Positions 8,409-19,260 of a stretch of 64,000 nt of DNA are shown one piece after another. The position numbers and the translations under genes are program-made. Position 1 is the first letter of the stretch. The number at the start of each line of letters is the position of its first letter. Source of the stretch: a virus (Duplodnaviria; Caudoviricetes); the IMG/VR virus record IMGVR_UViG_3300010354_014876, positions 544 to 64,543 of that record; one strand, written 5' to 3'. A model generated the notes under the pieces. The model was not told the origin of the DNA. It was given only the letters and a program-made list of their open reading frames with translations, and made no database searches.

Positions 8409-9105
8409 ATACCTGAGATACGTTAATATTGTCTGTTGACTTGAGACCATCATTAATATATTCAGAAGACTTCTTATATGTTGAAATATCTTCAAGATCT
8501 AGTAATACATCTTGGAGATATTTTTGTTTTAGAATAGAGATGTTTCTCTTACTATCATTGATTTCTTCTTCATATTCTATGTTAGTAACAGGAACTGAAA
8601 CATCACTACCAGAGTATGACACCATGTATCCTAAAATGTCATCATAGAATTCTAAAGCAGGATTATTTTCAAGTTTGTTTTTATTAAAGAATGCTTCGTC
8701 AACTATTAGACCTGCTTTTTGAACAATACTTCCTTCAGTATTTTTAACTTCTAATGTCTTATAGTGTTTAACTGCATATAGATCTTCATCAGTCTTGTAT
8801 TTTTGATAGACATAATCAGTGAATGCCTGTTGAGATAATGGCCATTCATTGTATACATCTACGATATTATTAGTGATAAGTATTACCCAATCGTATAGTG
8901 CTGTGTCATAAAACTTTTCCGAAACTTGTTCTGGTCTTTCGTCACCAATGATCGTATACTTTGTAAAGAAGACACTGTTTTTAAACAAGTCATCTCTAAG
9001 TTTTGCTCTACGAAAGAAATTTTTAGCAATCGTTACATCCTGACTTGAATTTTTATCAGGAAGATTTGCGTAATATTGTATGTTTGGTAAAGTTTTGAAA
9101 TACAT
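8407..9105 (-). CDS. gp53: baseplate wedge protein gp53
   Basis: YFKTLPNIQY, KNFFRRAKLRDD, ERPEQVSEKFY..ALYDWVILITNNI, EWPL. Confidence 0.88.
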   Translation of the reverse strand: MYFKTLPNIQYYANLPDKNSSQDVTIAKNFFRRAKLRDDLFKNSVFFTKYTIIGDERPEQVSEKFYDTALYDWVILITNNIVDVYNEWPLSQQAFTDYVYQKYKTDEDLYAVKHYKTLEVKNTEGSIVQKAGLIVDEAFFNKNKLENNPALEFYDDILGYMVSYSGSDVSVPVTNIEYEEEINDSKRNISILKQKYLQDVLLDLEDISTYKKSSEYINDGLKSTDNINVSQV

Positions 9106-9106
9106 G

Positions 9107-10639
9107 TTAGAAACCTATAGTTGAGTCTTGACCATTTGCTCCATCCAACTTATCATAATCTTCATCAAAGATTGGTTCTATCTCTTGGAATGAAAGTGTC
9201 ATTTCATATGCAACCATTGATCCATTACCATACGTCATGTATGAACCATCTGGCATATAGTTGACTGATATATTTTGCAATGCAGCAGGTTTTACTCTTG
9301 GTAGATATGGGTGTATGACCGTCTTTCCTGTATTTTTTCCATCATGTTCAATATGTTGAAATTCTATTTCAAAAACATTTGGTGATGCTAAAAAGATTCC
9401 ATTGCCAGCTCTCTTAACAGATGCACCTTGTTTTATCCATCTTATAATTCTCTTAATTTCTTGTGATTCTTTTTCATTCCTTGGTGTCATTTTAAATGAG
9501 AAGTTCCAAGTTCTCAGTTGTGGTCCCCGGAATAACAATTCCGTATTTGGATTTAGAATCGCACCAGTTGATCTTTGAAGAAGATCGTTTCCAGACATTC
9601 CTAGAACTGCCCCTACAATGGATGCATTTAAAACTGTTCTAGCAGCTGCACTATTTGCCTGAACGGTTTTTGCTGCCCTTCCAACTTCATTTCCAAGAGC
9701 AGTGGCAAAATTTCCACTGTTTAATATGTTAGCAGCAGCTGTTACCCCATATGCTTTTAATGGTCCAAGATCTCCATTTTCCCAACTTACAGGATTCGCA
9801 TCAACTAGATTTGATGGTATGGGTAGATTGATCGTTGCTAAAATTTCTTTATTTCTTTCGGAAAATCTTGTGAGTGATAAGTTCGTCACTGCTTCAGTAT
9901 CTCCTTCTCCAGTAGTTCCTACTTCTGGATTTCCACCTAAAGATATATTTGGATCTGGTACATATCTGATCATTCTTATGATAGTAAAGTCATTCCCATC
10001 ATAAGCTTCTGGATACTTTAGAGATCCTTGATACGTTGTTCTTGCTTTAACAGAAGTGCTTATGAGTTTTTTAGTTGTCTCTGAATCTTCTGGCGTAATA
10101 TTGACATTTCCCCCTGCACCACCCCCTCCATTAGCAGCAGAAGGACCATCTGCCCCTCCTGGAGGAGTTTCTGATTCTGCTGTTGCTTGTGGTGGTTTTC
10201 CTACTAGAGTATTTGCCTCTTGAGTAGATATTGCATCTTCTGCATTTCCACCAATAGTTTCCGTTGTTATCTTAGAGTCTTTTGCTATTTTTGCTTTTAT
10301 GTTTTTGTCTAAGTCTTGTGAAAGTTTAGATCCACTGTTTGATAATCCTTTTGCAGCTGCTGCTCCAAGAGTTATCCCTTCTTCAATTTTCCATTTTTCA
10401 CCAGATGTTTTTTCCGCAACTTTTTGTCCACCTCCAAGTGCAAATGGAGAAGCACTGTAATATAATTCAGAAACAGCACTGTTTGCTACCGGTTTTTTAT
10501 TTTCAAGTGCATATGTTGTTATTACTTTAAAATATAATTTTGTTACTTTCTTTCCATTTAATATTTCCTTTCCGGCAGTATCTTCCACATAATATGGAGA
10601 CCATCCAGTATCTGATGTGACGTATATTTTGTCTGCCAT
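9107..10639 (-). CDS. gp48: baseplate tail-tube cap gp48
   Basis: LPIP, NPNTELLFRGPQLRTWNFSFKMTPRNEKES, SFQEIEPI; late promoter GATAAATA on - strand at 10657-10664. Confidence 0.85.
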   Translation of the reverse strand: MADKIYVTSDTGWSPYYVEDTAGKEILNGKKVTKLYFKVITTYALENKKPVANSAVSELYYSASPFALGGGQKVAEKTSGEKWKIEEGITLGAAAAKGLSNSGSKLSQDLDKNIKAKIAKDSKITTETIGGNAEDAISTQEANTLVGKPPQATAESETPPGGADGPSAANGGGGAGGNVNITPEDSETTKKLISTSVKARTTYQGSLKYPEAYDGNDFTIIRMIRYVPDPNISLGGNPEVGTTGEGDTEAVTNLSLTRFSERNKEILATINLPIPSNLVDANPVSWENGDLGPLKAYGVTAAANILNSGNFATALGNEVGRAAKTVQANSAAARTVLNASIVGAVLGMSGNDLLQRSTGAILNPNTELLFRGPQLRTWNFSFKMTPRNEKESQEIKRIIRWIKQGASVKRAGNGIFLASPNVFEIEFQHIEHDGKNTGKTVIHPYLPRVKPAALQNISVNYMPDGSYMTYGNGSMVAYEMTLSFQEIEPIFDEDYDKLDGANGQDSTIGF

Positions 10640-10651
10640 TACTTAGTTTTT

Positions 10652-11002
10652 TTAAGTATTTATCCTAAACTTTTGATAGTTGAGGGATAGTAATGTATTT
10701 AGTTCCTCTTTTTGAACAATATGCAAGTTTCCAACTACTTCTAACCAGGTATAATTATGTGGAGATTTCCAATGAAAGTTGTATCCTCTAAATCCCCATC
10801 TAAAGATGTCTGAAACAACAACTAATGGATATTGATCATATTCAATTTCTGGTGTCTTTGGTGAGTAAACAAAGGTATATAATTTTCCTACATCTGGTAT
10901 TACTTCAGTCTCTCTAAGAACATCAAGTATTTCTAACATCTTGTCATCAGAATTTCTTTGAGATTTTATTTCATCAATTTTATCCTGAGGAAATCTGTTC
11001 AT
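10652..11002 (-). CDS. conserved protein, resembles short gp2 (DNA end protector)-like domain
   Basis: GKLYTFVYSPKT...YDQYPLV...GFRGYNFHW. Confidence 0.55.
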   Translation of the reverse strand: MNRFPQDKIDEIKSQRNSDDKMLEILDVLRETEVIPDVGKLYTFVYSPKTPEIEYDQYPLVVVSDIFRWGFRGYNFHWKSPHNYTWLEVVGNLHIVQKEELNTLLSLNYQKFRINT

Positions 11003-11451
11003 AACCCTAATTCTTTTTCTGTGATGATTTTAAATTCCATCATTCTGTCTTCACAAAATTCCTTAGCAGCTTTCCACTTTGCTTGGTTTTTTGCGTAAGT
11101 CATTGTTTCTCTAATTAGAGTTTGTTTTCTTTTATTTTTTGATGCTGATGGTTCTATTGTTTCTCTTAGTGGTTTTATTTCTACAACAGCTTTCTTAATT
11201 TCTCCAGTTGATGAGATATACTTTATTAAGAAATCTGGAAAATATCTTTTTACTTTATTTGTAGTTGGGTCAAAATATGGAATAAAAAATTCTTCTGAAC
11301 TGTATTCCAAAATATTTTTATTATCATCGCACCATCTCATGAATTTTAATTCCCAACTACTTCTATAAATTATGTTTCTAACATCACCTTTATATTTTTC
11401 TGGATTTCTTGGATGAAATCTACCTTGATAATATTTTCCGTCACGAGGCAT
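10999..11451 (-). CDS. gp4: head completion protein gp4 (TnsA-like nuclease fold)
   Basis: NPEKYKGD..NIIYRSSWELKFM, RYFPDF, EIKP, NQAKWKAA. Confidence 0.92.
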   Translation of the reverse strand: MPRDGKYYQGRFHPRNPEKYKGDVRNIIYRSSWELKFMRWCDDNKNILEYSSEEFFIPYFDPTTNKVKRYFPDFLIKYISSTGEIKKAVVEIKPLRETIEPSASKNKRKQTLIRETMTYAKNQAKWKAAKEFCEDRMMEFKIITEKELGL

Positions 11452-11503
11452 TTTTCTAAAACTTATCTACATAGTATATAATCAGTAGAAATATTTAGTT
11501 CTA

Positions 11504-12322
11504 ATGGCAGGGAACATTCCAGTCAGACATTATAAAACATCTGAGATCATAAGTAGGTTTTCTAGACTTGCTCAGACATCTCAATATTATGTTTGGATAC
11601 AGCCAAATTCAATCGTTGATGCAAAAATAAAAGATAAGAAAAGTAGTGCTAATCCTTTTCAGTTAAGTCCTACTTTTACAACAGAAGAACTTGGTATGTA
11701 TTGTAATGAAGCATCACTTCCTGGAAATTCTTTTGCTACAACTGAAATGACCACTGATCTTCCAGGGGTATCTCAGAAGTTTCCATATAGAAAAATATAT
11801 AATGATCTTGAATTATCATTTTACGTTGATCAGAACTATGAAGTTATTAAATTTTTTGAAAGGTGGATGAGTTATATTGCAAGTCCATATGGATCAGGTT
11901 TTGCAATTAATGAACAAAGTGGTCAAAATGGTTCTTTTAGATTTAATTGGCCAGATAATTATAAATGTAATATCTACGTTGCAAAGTTCAATAAAGACAA
12001 CTCTTTAAATGGTGCCATAGCATATAGATTTATAAATTCTTTTCCAATAGATATCACATCAATGCCCGTTTCTTATGAGTCTTCTGATGTTTTAAGGTGT
12101 TCAGTTTCCTTTGCTTATGATAGATATGTGTTTGATCCAACAGGAGAATCTGTTCAAACAATTGTCAATAATACGAATACTCAAGTAACAAATCAACAAC
12201 AAATCTTTGAAAGCAATCTTCTAAATTCAACTGGTGGTGGATTAGGATTATCTGGTGCTGGTACTCAATCTGAATTAAATCAGGTACAAAGTTTTTCTGG
12301 TGGAGGCAGTGCTATTGCCTGA
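11504..12322 (+). CDS. baseplate tail-tube initiator / tube-like protein (gp54-like)
   Basis: LAQTSQY, CNEASLPG, FYVDQNY.VIKFFERWM, FPIDITSMPVSY. Confidence 0.7.
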   Translation: MAGNIPVRHYKTSEIISRFSRLAQTSQYYVWIQPNSIVDAKIKDKKSSANPFQLSPTFTTEELGMYCNEASLPGNSFATTEMTTDLPGVSQKFPYRKIYNDLELSFYVDQNYEVIKFFERWMSYIASPYGSGFAINEQSGQNGSFRFNWPDNYKCNIYVAKFNKDNSLNGAIAYRFINSFPIDITSMPVSYESSDVLRCSVSFAYDRYVFDPTGESVQTIVNNTNTQVTNQQQIFESNLLNSTGGGLGLSGAGTQSELNQVQSFSGGGSAIA

Positions 12323-12354
12323 TAAATAATCACACCTGATTTGTATAGATCATT

Positions 12355-13077
12355 ATGCCATTACCTAAAATTGCATTACCAGAATATTATCTGCAATTAC
12401 CTTCAACGAAACAAGAAATAAAATATAGACCATTTTTAGTTAAAGAGGAAAAGGTATTAGTTCTTGCTTTAGAGAGTCAAGATAATAAACAAATTTCGTC
12501 TGCTATTAAAACTGTTCTCAACAATTGTATTATCACTAAGGGAATAAAAGTTGAGACTCTTCCAACCTTTGATATTGAATATTTGTTTTTAAATATTCGT
12601 GGCAAATCTGTTGGAGAAGAAGTAGAAGTAACTGTTGTCTGTCCAGATGATGGAGAAACTACTGTTCCAATTAGAATTTCTCTAGATGAAATTGAAGTTC
12701 AAGAATCTGAAACTCACGAAAAAGATATTAAGTTAGATTCTGAGTTGTCCATGAGATTAAAGTATCCATCATTGGATCAGTTTATTAAGAATAATTTTGA
12801 TTTCACTGGTAACAATGCAAATCTTGAACAATCTTTTGACTTAATTGCTTCTTGTATTGATGTCATTTATAACAAAGAAGAAAGTTGGGCATCTGAAGAT
12901 GTTTCTAAAAAAGAACTTATGGAATTTTTAGAGCAACTAAATTCCAAACAGTTTAAACAAATTGAAAAGTTCTTTGAGACTATGCCAAAATTGAGTCATA
13001 AAGTTGACATTGTAAACCCCAAAACAAAAGTTAAGAGTACTGTCGTTTTGGAGGGATTAGCATCTTTTTTCGGGTGA
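12355..13077 (+). CDS. gp26: baseplate hub subunit gp26
   Basis: MPLPKI..P.Y.L.LPS, YRPFLVKEEK, FDIEYLFLNIRGKSVGE, FFETMPKL; GATAAATA at 12321. Confidence 0.9.
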   Translation: MPLPKIALPEYYLQLPSTKQEIKYRPFLVKEEKVLVLALESQDNKQISSAIKTVLNNCIITKGIKVETLPTFDIEYLFLNIRGKSVGEEVEVTVVCPDDGETTVPIRISLDEIEVQESETHEKDIKLDSELSMRLKYPSLDQFIKNNFDFTGNNANLEQSFDLIASCIDVIYNKEESWASEDVSKKELMEFLEQLNSKQFKQIEKFFETMPKLSHKVDIVNPKTKVKSTVVLEGLASFFG

Positions 13078-13079
13078 GT

Positions 13080-13256
13080 ATGAGTCATATTGATTTGGAA
13101 TCTTATTATAGGATTAATTTTGCCTTGATGCAGTATCATAAATATTCTTTGACTGAAGTTGAAAATTGGATGCCTTGGGAAAGGGAAGTTTATGTTGGTT
13201 TGTTAAAACAGCATTTAGAAGAAGAAAAACTCAAGCAACAACAAAATGGCGGTTGA
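13080..13256 (+). CDS. gp51: baseplate hub assembly protein gp51
   Basis: YYRINFALMQYHKYSLTEVENWMPWEREVYV. Confidence 0.85.
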   Translation: MSHIDLESYYRINFALMQYHKYSLTEVENWMPWEREVYVGLLKQHLEEEKLKQQQNGG

Positions 13257-15267
13257 ACAAGTAAGTGTAGAGATACTTAGAATACTGGGACTTGAAGAGG
13301 CCGATGAAGTTGACATGGAATCCTACAAGGGATTTCTTCGTGAAAAATTAGTTCTCATAAGTATGGGAAAGGCAAATCTTTCCCGTGACCAAGAAATAAT
13401 AATACAAGACGAGTTCAAAAGAATAAAGTCAAAACCAAATACGGTTAAAGTTAAAAAAACTTTTGTTGATCCAAAAGCAGTTTTTAATAGAAGATCTGAT
13501 AATGGAGTTAAATATCTCCCACCAGCTCCAGGAACTCTTGCAAGAAGAGTTATCCCACAAGCAAAAGTTTCTGGAGAGAATTTTGGAATACTTGAAAATA
13601 TAAATTCTTTGCTGAATAATATTTGGAAAAATTTATCTGATGATGAGAAAAGAAAGAAAAGATTAGAGAAAGATAGAAAGGCAAAATTAGATAAAGAAGA
13701 AAAGGCAGCAGAGGAATCTTCTTTAGAAAAAGTTTCAAAGGGTATTGTCAAGGCATTAGAAAAAACTTTTAAACCTGTAATTGATATATTTGATAGAATT
13801 GTAAAAGCAATACAAATTTTATTTTTAGGGTGGGTTGCAAATAGGTTACTTGATTGGATACAGGATCCAAACAATAAGAAAACATTTGATGCCATAGTAG
13901 ATTTCTTATCTAGAAATGCTGGCAAACTATTGCTATTGTTTGTGATGCTTAACAATCCTCTTGTGAAGATTGTTAGGTGGTTAGGTAAAAATATGATTAA
14001 ATTCCTTGTGAGAATGATTGCGGATCTCACTAAGGGTAAAAATCTACTTAAGGGTATTCGTGGTGGAAGAGGTGCAGCAGCTGCTTTAACTTTGGGCGCA
14101 ACAGCTGCTACTATTGGTGTTTCTAGACAATTGATGAATAATGATGAAGGTGGAGGTGATGACAACAAGGTGGAGATATCAACATTTGACCCAGAAACTC
14201 CAAACTATAATGGTGGGGGTATTGTAAACACAATCAATTTAAATGGTGGTGGATTCCCAGATCTATCAAAAATAAAAACTAAAGCATCTGGAACTGAATC
14301 TTTAAGTCCAGGTCTTATTGATAAAGGACAATCTGGCATTGATAAAGTTAATGCAAATGTAACTAAAGGTGAATTTATTTCTTCTGTTCCCGCAGTCAAT
14401 ACTTGGGGAGTTGATTTTTATGAAGCACTCAATAAACTTGGTGGTGGAACAAACCGACCAACTTATTCTGGTGGAAGGATGTATGCTAAAGGTGGTGGAC
14501 TAGCAATTGATAGTAGTGGAGGTGGAAGGACTAGATTATCATCACAAACATCTTTCTCTCAGTTGAGACCTCACCACGGAACTGGTGATTCTAAAAGAAC
14601 TTATGGAACAACTAAGGACTATGTTCTTTACTCTAAGGATAATCCAAATAATTATGATGTAGATGTTCCAACTCCTGTAGATGCGGTTGTAAAGTTTGCC
14701 GGTGATAAAGGAGATGGATATGGAAAATCTGTTGAGTTAGTTGATGAAAATGGTAAGATGTTGGGATTATTTGGACATTTCAATAAATTAAAAGTTTCAA
14801 CAGGTCAAAAAATAAGAGCAGGAAAATCGTTGGGTATTCAAGGATATACCGGACGTGTTTATCCACCAGGTCCAGATGGTCAGCACTTGCATATGGATGC
14901 TAATCCGTCATTTCACGAAAAATTTATTAATTATATAACTTCAGGTAAGGCTGTTTCAACATCCGATGATTCTAGTCAATTAGCTCAGAGTCCTGAAGAC
15001 AAAACTACAGACACTGACTCTTTTAAGGGTATTACTTTTGCTTCAGAGGCAGATAGAAAATTAGCAACTGCGTATCTAAAATACATCACTCAACCAATGG
15101 GACGTGGTTTAGATATCAGACCAACCATTGATATGGTATCTGGAACTGGTAGTGGCACTCCTCCAGTAGCTGCGGGTGCTGATGTTCGGTCTGGATCTGC
15201 TTCAAGAGGTGGTGTAGAACCAACTGTTGCTGCAGCACATAGACAAATAGCTTCTCCCACAAGATAA
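13246..15267 (+). CDS. tape-measure-like virion protein with C-terminal M23 peptidase-like domain
   Basis: Long helical N-terminus; GYGKSVEL...GHFNKLKVSTGQKI..GK.LG.QGYTG...HLH. Confidence 0.7.
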   Translation: MAVEQVSVEILRILGLEEADEVDMESYKGFLREKLVLISMGKANLSRDQEIIIQDEFKRIKSKPNTVKVKKTFVDPKAVFNRRSDNGVKYLPPAPGTLARRVIPQAKVSGENFGILENINSLLNNIWKNLSDDEKRKKRLEKDRKAKLDKEEKAAEESSLEKVSKGIVKALEKTFKPVIDIFDRIVKAIQILFLGWVANRLLDWIQDPNNKKTFDAIVDFLSRNAGKLLLLFVMLNNPLVKIVRWLGKNMIKFLVRMIADLTKGKNLLKGIRGGRGAAAALTLGATAATIGVSRQLMNNDEGGGDDNKVEISTFDPETPNYNGGGIVNTINLNGGGFPDLSKIKTKASGTESLSPGLIDKGQSGIDKVNANVTKGEFISSVPAVNTWGVDFYEALNKLGGGTNRPTYSGGRMYAKGGGLAIDSSGGGRTRLSSQTSFSQLRPHHGTGDSKRTYGTTKDYVLYSKDNPNNYDVDVPTPVDAVVKFAGDKGDGYGKSVELVDENGKMLGLFGHFNKLKVSTGQKIRAGKSLGIQGYTGRVYPPGPDGQHLHMDANPSFHEKFINYITSGKAVSTSDDSSQLAQSPEDKTTDTDSFKGITFASEADRKLATAYLKYITQPMGRGLDIRPTIDMVSGTGSGTPPVAAGADVRSGSASRGGVEPTVAAAHRQIASPTR

Positions 15268-15270
15268 AAG

Positions 15271-17853
15271 ATGGCAATATCAGCACAAAAACTATTACCA
15301 CAGTCTGGTTCATCTGGAATAAAGTTATCATCTTCTATTGTAAGATCATCAAATCTTTCTATAGCAAGAAGAAGATCACCTACAGTAGAGCAAGGAGAAG
15401 TTCAAGATCCAGCTGGAAAATTAGTTCCGATTTATGAATCTTTGGTAAAAATAAATGATCTACTTTCTAAACGATCAATAGGGAACAAAAAAACAACAAC
15501 TCAGAAAGTAAACCTAGAAGATAAGAAAAAGAAAAAATCTCAAGAAGAAAAATTAGAAATAAAACAACCAAAGGGAATAGTAAATCTACCAAAAATACAA
15601 AATCCATTTGCAAGTTTCTTTGATCGTCTTAGAAATGCATTAGTTCTTTTATTTTTTGGTTGGTTGGTCAATCGTTTTTGGGGATATATTCCAAAGATAT
15701 TGGAGGGTGTTTCTAATTTTATAAAAACATTTGAACAAATTCGTGCTGTATTGAAACCTATAACTGATGCCCTAGGATCTGCTCTTTATCAGGTAACTCT
15801 TGCAGGAACCAAAATGTTGGGTGCCATTACTGGTGCTCAGATTGATGAAAATGAAAAAAATCTTGCAGTAGCAATTAACGAACTTGATAAAAAATTTAGT
15901 ATTATAGATGCATTGATGGCAGGTATTATCATCGGTGACATTTTTTCTGCTGTTGCTGATGGATTGGGTCTATTTCGAGGTGGACCTGGCGGTGCTGCTG
16001 CAGGATCTGTTGCAGGATCTAGATATGGATATAAACCAGAACCACTTCCTGCGGGGGTAAAACCTAGAACGACAGAGGGAAGATCAATTACCAGAGATCA
16101 AAGAAGGGCATCAAGATCTGCTGAGAGAGCAAGTAGAAAAGTTAATGCAGCAAAAATTAGAAGCAGTGGTGGTAATGGTAACGTCAAAATTCCAAAAGGG
16201 ATTAAAGGAATAAGATTTAGAGGTGGTCTTCTTGGGTTATTATTTTTAATACCTGATTTAATTGATTCTGGATTTTTAATGTCACAAGGTAGAGGAAAGG
16301 ATGGTTTACGATTATTCTTAAACGCACTTTCCTCTACAGCAGCTGGTATTGGAGCAGCTATTGGTGTTGGTGCTGCGGCAACTGCATTAGGAATAACGGG
16401 AGTTGGTCTGCCAGCTGCAATTGCACTTGCTGCTTCTTCAATCGGTGCCGGAACTGTTGCTGGTATGGGTGCATATGCATTATCTGATTTAGCCCTGACA
16501 AAAATGGGATTAGTTGATATAGATCCTGAAACTGGAAAACCATATGGATATTTTCTTGGTGGATTAGTTGGTGGGGTTAGAAATTTCTTTACAGGAAAAC
16601 CTGCGAAAGTTTCTAGTTCATCCGGAACTGGCAAAGTACAAAAAACAGTTCAACAATTCTCATCATACTCTGGCATAGTAAAACCAATTGCTGTTGATAA
16701 AAATGTTGCCGATAGAATAGGATCTAAAGTTGTTGGTGGATTTGTTGATGTAAGTTCTGTTCTTCATGGAGTTGGTTATGTTGGCCCATTTGCTGCTCTT
16801 GGTATTAATATTGCTTTAGGCAGAGACAGATTTTCAAAAGGAACTGCACTATCTGTAGCAGCAGGAATTGGAAATCTTCTTGGCAATCCTTTGACATTTG
16901 CAATTTATGATTTCTTAAACAAGGCAATGCCAGGACTTGGAAATCTTGTTCAGAAAGTTACTGGAAAAAGTTTTGGCGTCTTTGTTTCAAAGTTTATAAC
17001 TGAATATCTTGGCAATTACTTGTTTAAAGCTTTATATCCTGTTGCTGATTTTATTAAAAATATAATGAAATCAACCATGGCAGAAGCTAAGAGTATAGAA
17101 AGAGGTGGTGGAGGTGATGAGGGTGATAGAACACCTGTGAATGTTCCTGAGGGTAAAGACGAAAAGATAAAAGCAGCACTTAAGTTTTATAAGTCAAAAG
17201 GATTTTCTGACTCTGGTGCTGCCTATATGGTGGGAAATCTTTTACAAGAATCTGGATTAAGACCTGATGCTGTTGGTGATGATGGAAAGGCATTTGGATT
17301 AGCTCAGTGGAGAATTGACGCATCATCAGGTGCTAGATGGTTGGGATATCAAGAGTGGGCAAAACAAAATAACAAAAAGATTAATGATTTTTATGCTCAA
17401 TTAGAATATACAATTGTTGAGGGTCAAAAATATAATGCTGGACTCACAATGATGAAAGGGAACAATATAAGTGACCACAAAAAATTTATTAAAGGATATG
17501 AGGGATATAGTGTAGAGGGTTCTAGATTTGGATATGCTGAAGATATTTTGAAAAATTTGGGGAAATATGGATTTGGTAAACAGCAAGGTGGAAAAACTGT
17601 AACTAATCCAGATCTAAAACCAAATTATGCGTCCTTATCTCCATCAAAACCATCCTCTCTTTCGGCAATGGCATATCCTGGAGTTTCTCAATTTGCTTCA
17701 TATGATAAACCAAATGTAATTTATCAACCAATTCGTCAAATTGTTTATGTACCAACATCTTCACCACAACCAATGAATACTCCTGTTCTTGTTGGTGGTG
17801 GTAGTGTAAATAATATAGATTATGAAATAGCACTCACTAAAGCAGCACTGTAA
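15271..17853 (+). CDS. tape-measure-like virion protein with phage tail lysozyme domain
   Basis: Hydrophobic Ala/Gly-rich middle; GAAYMVGNLLQESGL.P.AVGD.GKAFGLAQW. Confidence 0.75.
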   Translation: MAISAQKLLPQSGSSGIKLSSSIVRSSNLSIARRRSPTVEQGEVQDPAGKLVPIYESLVKINDLLSKRSIGNKKTTTQKVNLEDKKKKKSQEEKLEIKQPKGIVNLPKIQNPFASFFDRLRNALVLLFFGWLVNRFWGYIPKILEGVSNFIKTFEQIRAVLKPITDALGSALYQVTLAGTKMLGAITGAQIDENEKNLAVAINELDKKFSIIDALMAGIIIGDIFSAVADGLGLFRGGPGGAAAGSVAGSRYGYKPEPLPAGVKPRTTEGRSITRDQRRASRSAERASRKVNAAKIRSSGGNGNVKIPKGIKGIRFRGGLLGLLFLIPDLIDSGFLMSQGRGKDGLRLFLNALSSTAAGIGAAIGVGAAATALGITGVGLPAAIALAASSIGAGTVAGMGAYALSDLALTKMGLVDIDPETGKPYGYFLGGLVGGVRNFFTGKPAKVSSSSGTGKVQKTVQQFSSYSGIVKPIAVDKNVADRIGSKVVGGFVDVSSVLHGVGYVGPFAALGINIALGRDRFSKGTALSVAAGIGNLLGNPLTFAIYDFLNKAMPGLGNLVQKVTGKSFGVFVSKFITEYLGNYLFKALYPVADFIKNIMKSTMAEAKSIERGGGGDEGDRTPVNVPEGKDEKIKAALKFYKSKGFSDSGAAYMVGNLLQESGLRPDAVGDDGKAFGLAQWRIDASSGARWLGYQEWAKQNNKKINDFYAQLEYTIVEGQKYNAGLTMMKGNNISDHKKFIKGYEGYSVEGSRFGYAEDILKNLGKYGFGKQQGGKTVTNPDLKPNYASLSPSKPSSLSAMAYPGVSQFASYDKPNVIYQPIRQIVYVPTSSPQPMNTPVLVGGGSVNNIDYEIALTKAAL

Positions 17854-19229
17854 TGGCAACTCCAGATTTAATCTCAGCAAAAGAAGTTAAGTTTCTTCTA
17901 TTTGAAGTTAATGGAATTAACATAGGATCTAAAGGGGTTGCTGAAGTAAACTACTATGAAAGTATTTTATCTTCTACCTCTAGTATGACAGTGCAAGTCA
18001 TTGATTCTGGTGGATTCTATTCTGGAAAACAAACTAATATTTTGTCTGGTCTTCCTTTAAGGGGTGGTGAAAAAGTTGACATAATCTTAGAAGACTCTTA
18101 TCAACAAAAATTAAAAAGAGTTTTATATATCAACACAGTTGCTGCTGGGGATGTTGGAACCCAAAAGGTTTCTTTTAATCTTGATTTATATCCTAGAGAG
18201 CATTTTTCAAATGAACAGACAAGGGTAATCAAAAGATATGATGGAAAAATTTCAGAATCAATCAAAAGTATACTTAAAGATTCAAACGTATTCAAACTTG
18301 AAGAATCTCAATTTGATATAGAGGACACCGAAAATGTTTATAATTTTATAGGTAATGATAGAAAACCTTTATATGTCATTGATTGGTTATCTTCCAAATC
18401 CATTCCATTAGGAAAAACTGGTTCTTGTGCTGGATTCTTTTTCTTTCATGCTAATGGAAAATATAATTTTAAGTCTGTTGATGGATTGTTAGGAAAGCCT
18501 GCTAAAGCAAAATATAGATACACTAATACTCCAGCTACAAAGTCGGATGATAATGGAAGTGAATATTTTGGTAGAATACTGAGTTATAATATTGACGAAA
18601 ATATTAATGTTCAAACTAAAATGCAAGTTGGAACATATAACACTAGAGTATTATATTTTGACCCATATACATTTAAAGTTGATGCGGTAATTAATTCTGC
18701 AGTTGAAAAACAAAAAATATCTCCAGAGAGATCTAAAGATACCGATCCCCAACAAGTTGCAGTTTCTTCCCCACAAAAAGATAAAGCAACGACAGCTGGT
18801 AAAACTTTAGATTTTGTTACGCAAGAATTTTTGGATCCAGATAAACCTTGTAGATTGATGTGTGTTGTAAAAGATAATGGCAATCTTCCATCAGGGACAA
18901 GTGCTGAAAAACAGTTAGAGAGTTGGAAAAAGAATCCCACAGAAATGAATGATAGAAAAGACTTAACTTTACATCAATCAATTGCTAGATATAACCAATT
19001 ATTTTCTAATAAAATTTCTATTACTGTTCCTGGTAACTTTTCACTTCATGCTGGTGATGTTATCTATTGTGAATTTCCAAACCCATCTGTAGATAATCCT
19101 CAGGAAACTTACTTAAATAAAGAGTTGAGTGGAAACTATTTAATTGCAGATGTAAATCAGTCTGTAACAAGAAAAGATCACTTTACTTATCTAAACTTAG
19201 TAAGAGATTCAGTTGGTTGGAAAAAGTGA
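17853..19229 (+). CDS. baseplate hub protein (gp27-like)
   Basis: YYESILS, GLPLRGGEKV, FNFKSVD-like, ITVPGNFSLHAGDVI, SGNYLI, LVRDS; precedes gp5. Confidence 0.6.
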   Translation: MATPDLISAKEVKFLLFEVNGINIGSKGVAEVNYYESILSSTSSMTVQVIDSGGFYSGKQTNILSGLPLRGGEKVDIILEDSYQQKLKRVLYINTVAAGDVGTQKVSFNLDLYPREHFSNEQTRVIKRYDGKISESIKSILKDSNVFKLEESQFDIEDTENVYNFIGNDRKPLYVIDWLSSKSIPLGKTGSCAGFFFFHANGKYNFKSVDGLLGKPAKAKYRYTNTPATKSDDNGSEYFGRILSYNIDENINVQTKMQVGTYNTRVLYFDPYTFKVDAVINSAVEKQKISPERSKDTDPQQVAVSSPQKDKATTAGKTLDFVTQEFLDPDKPCRLMCVVKDNGNLPSGTSAEKQLESWKKNPTEMNDRKDLTLHQSIARYNQLFSNKISITVPGNFSLHAGDVIYCEFPNPSVDNPQETYLNKELSGNYLIADVNQSVTRKDHFTYLNLVRDSVGWKK

Positions 19230-19260
19230 TTAAATAGTAATAACTAATTAATAAAAATCT

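Noticed and set aside
10999-11451. TnsA-like nuclease suggesting a Tn7 transposon
   Set aside because: Motifs and position match head completion protein gp4; no other tns genes or terminal repeats.
13323-14168. 281-aa minus-strand ORF and the many other antisense ORFs (e.g. 16098-16634, 20315-20749, 33502-34098, 61592-62035)
   Set aside because: They are shadows of well-supported + strand genes with biased codon usage, and show no motifs or RBS.
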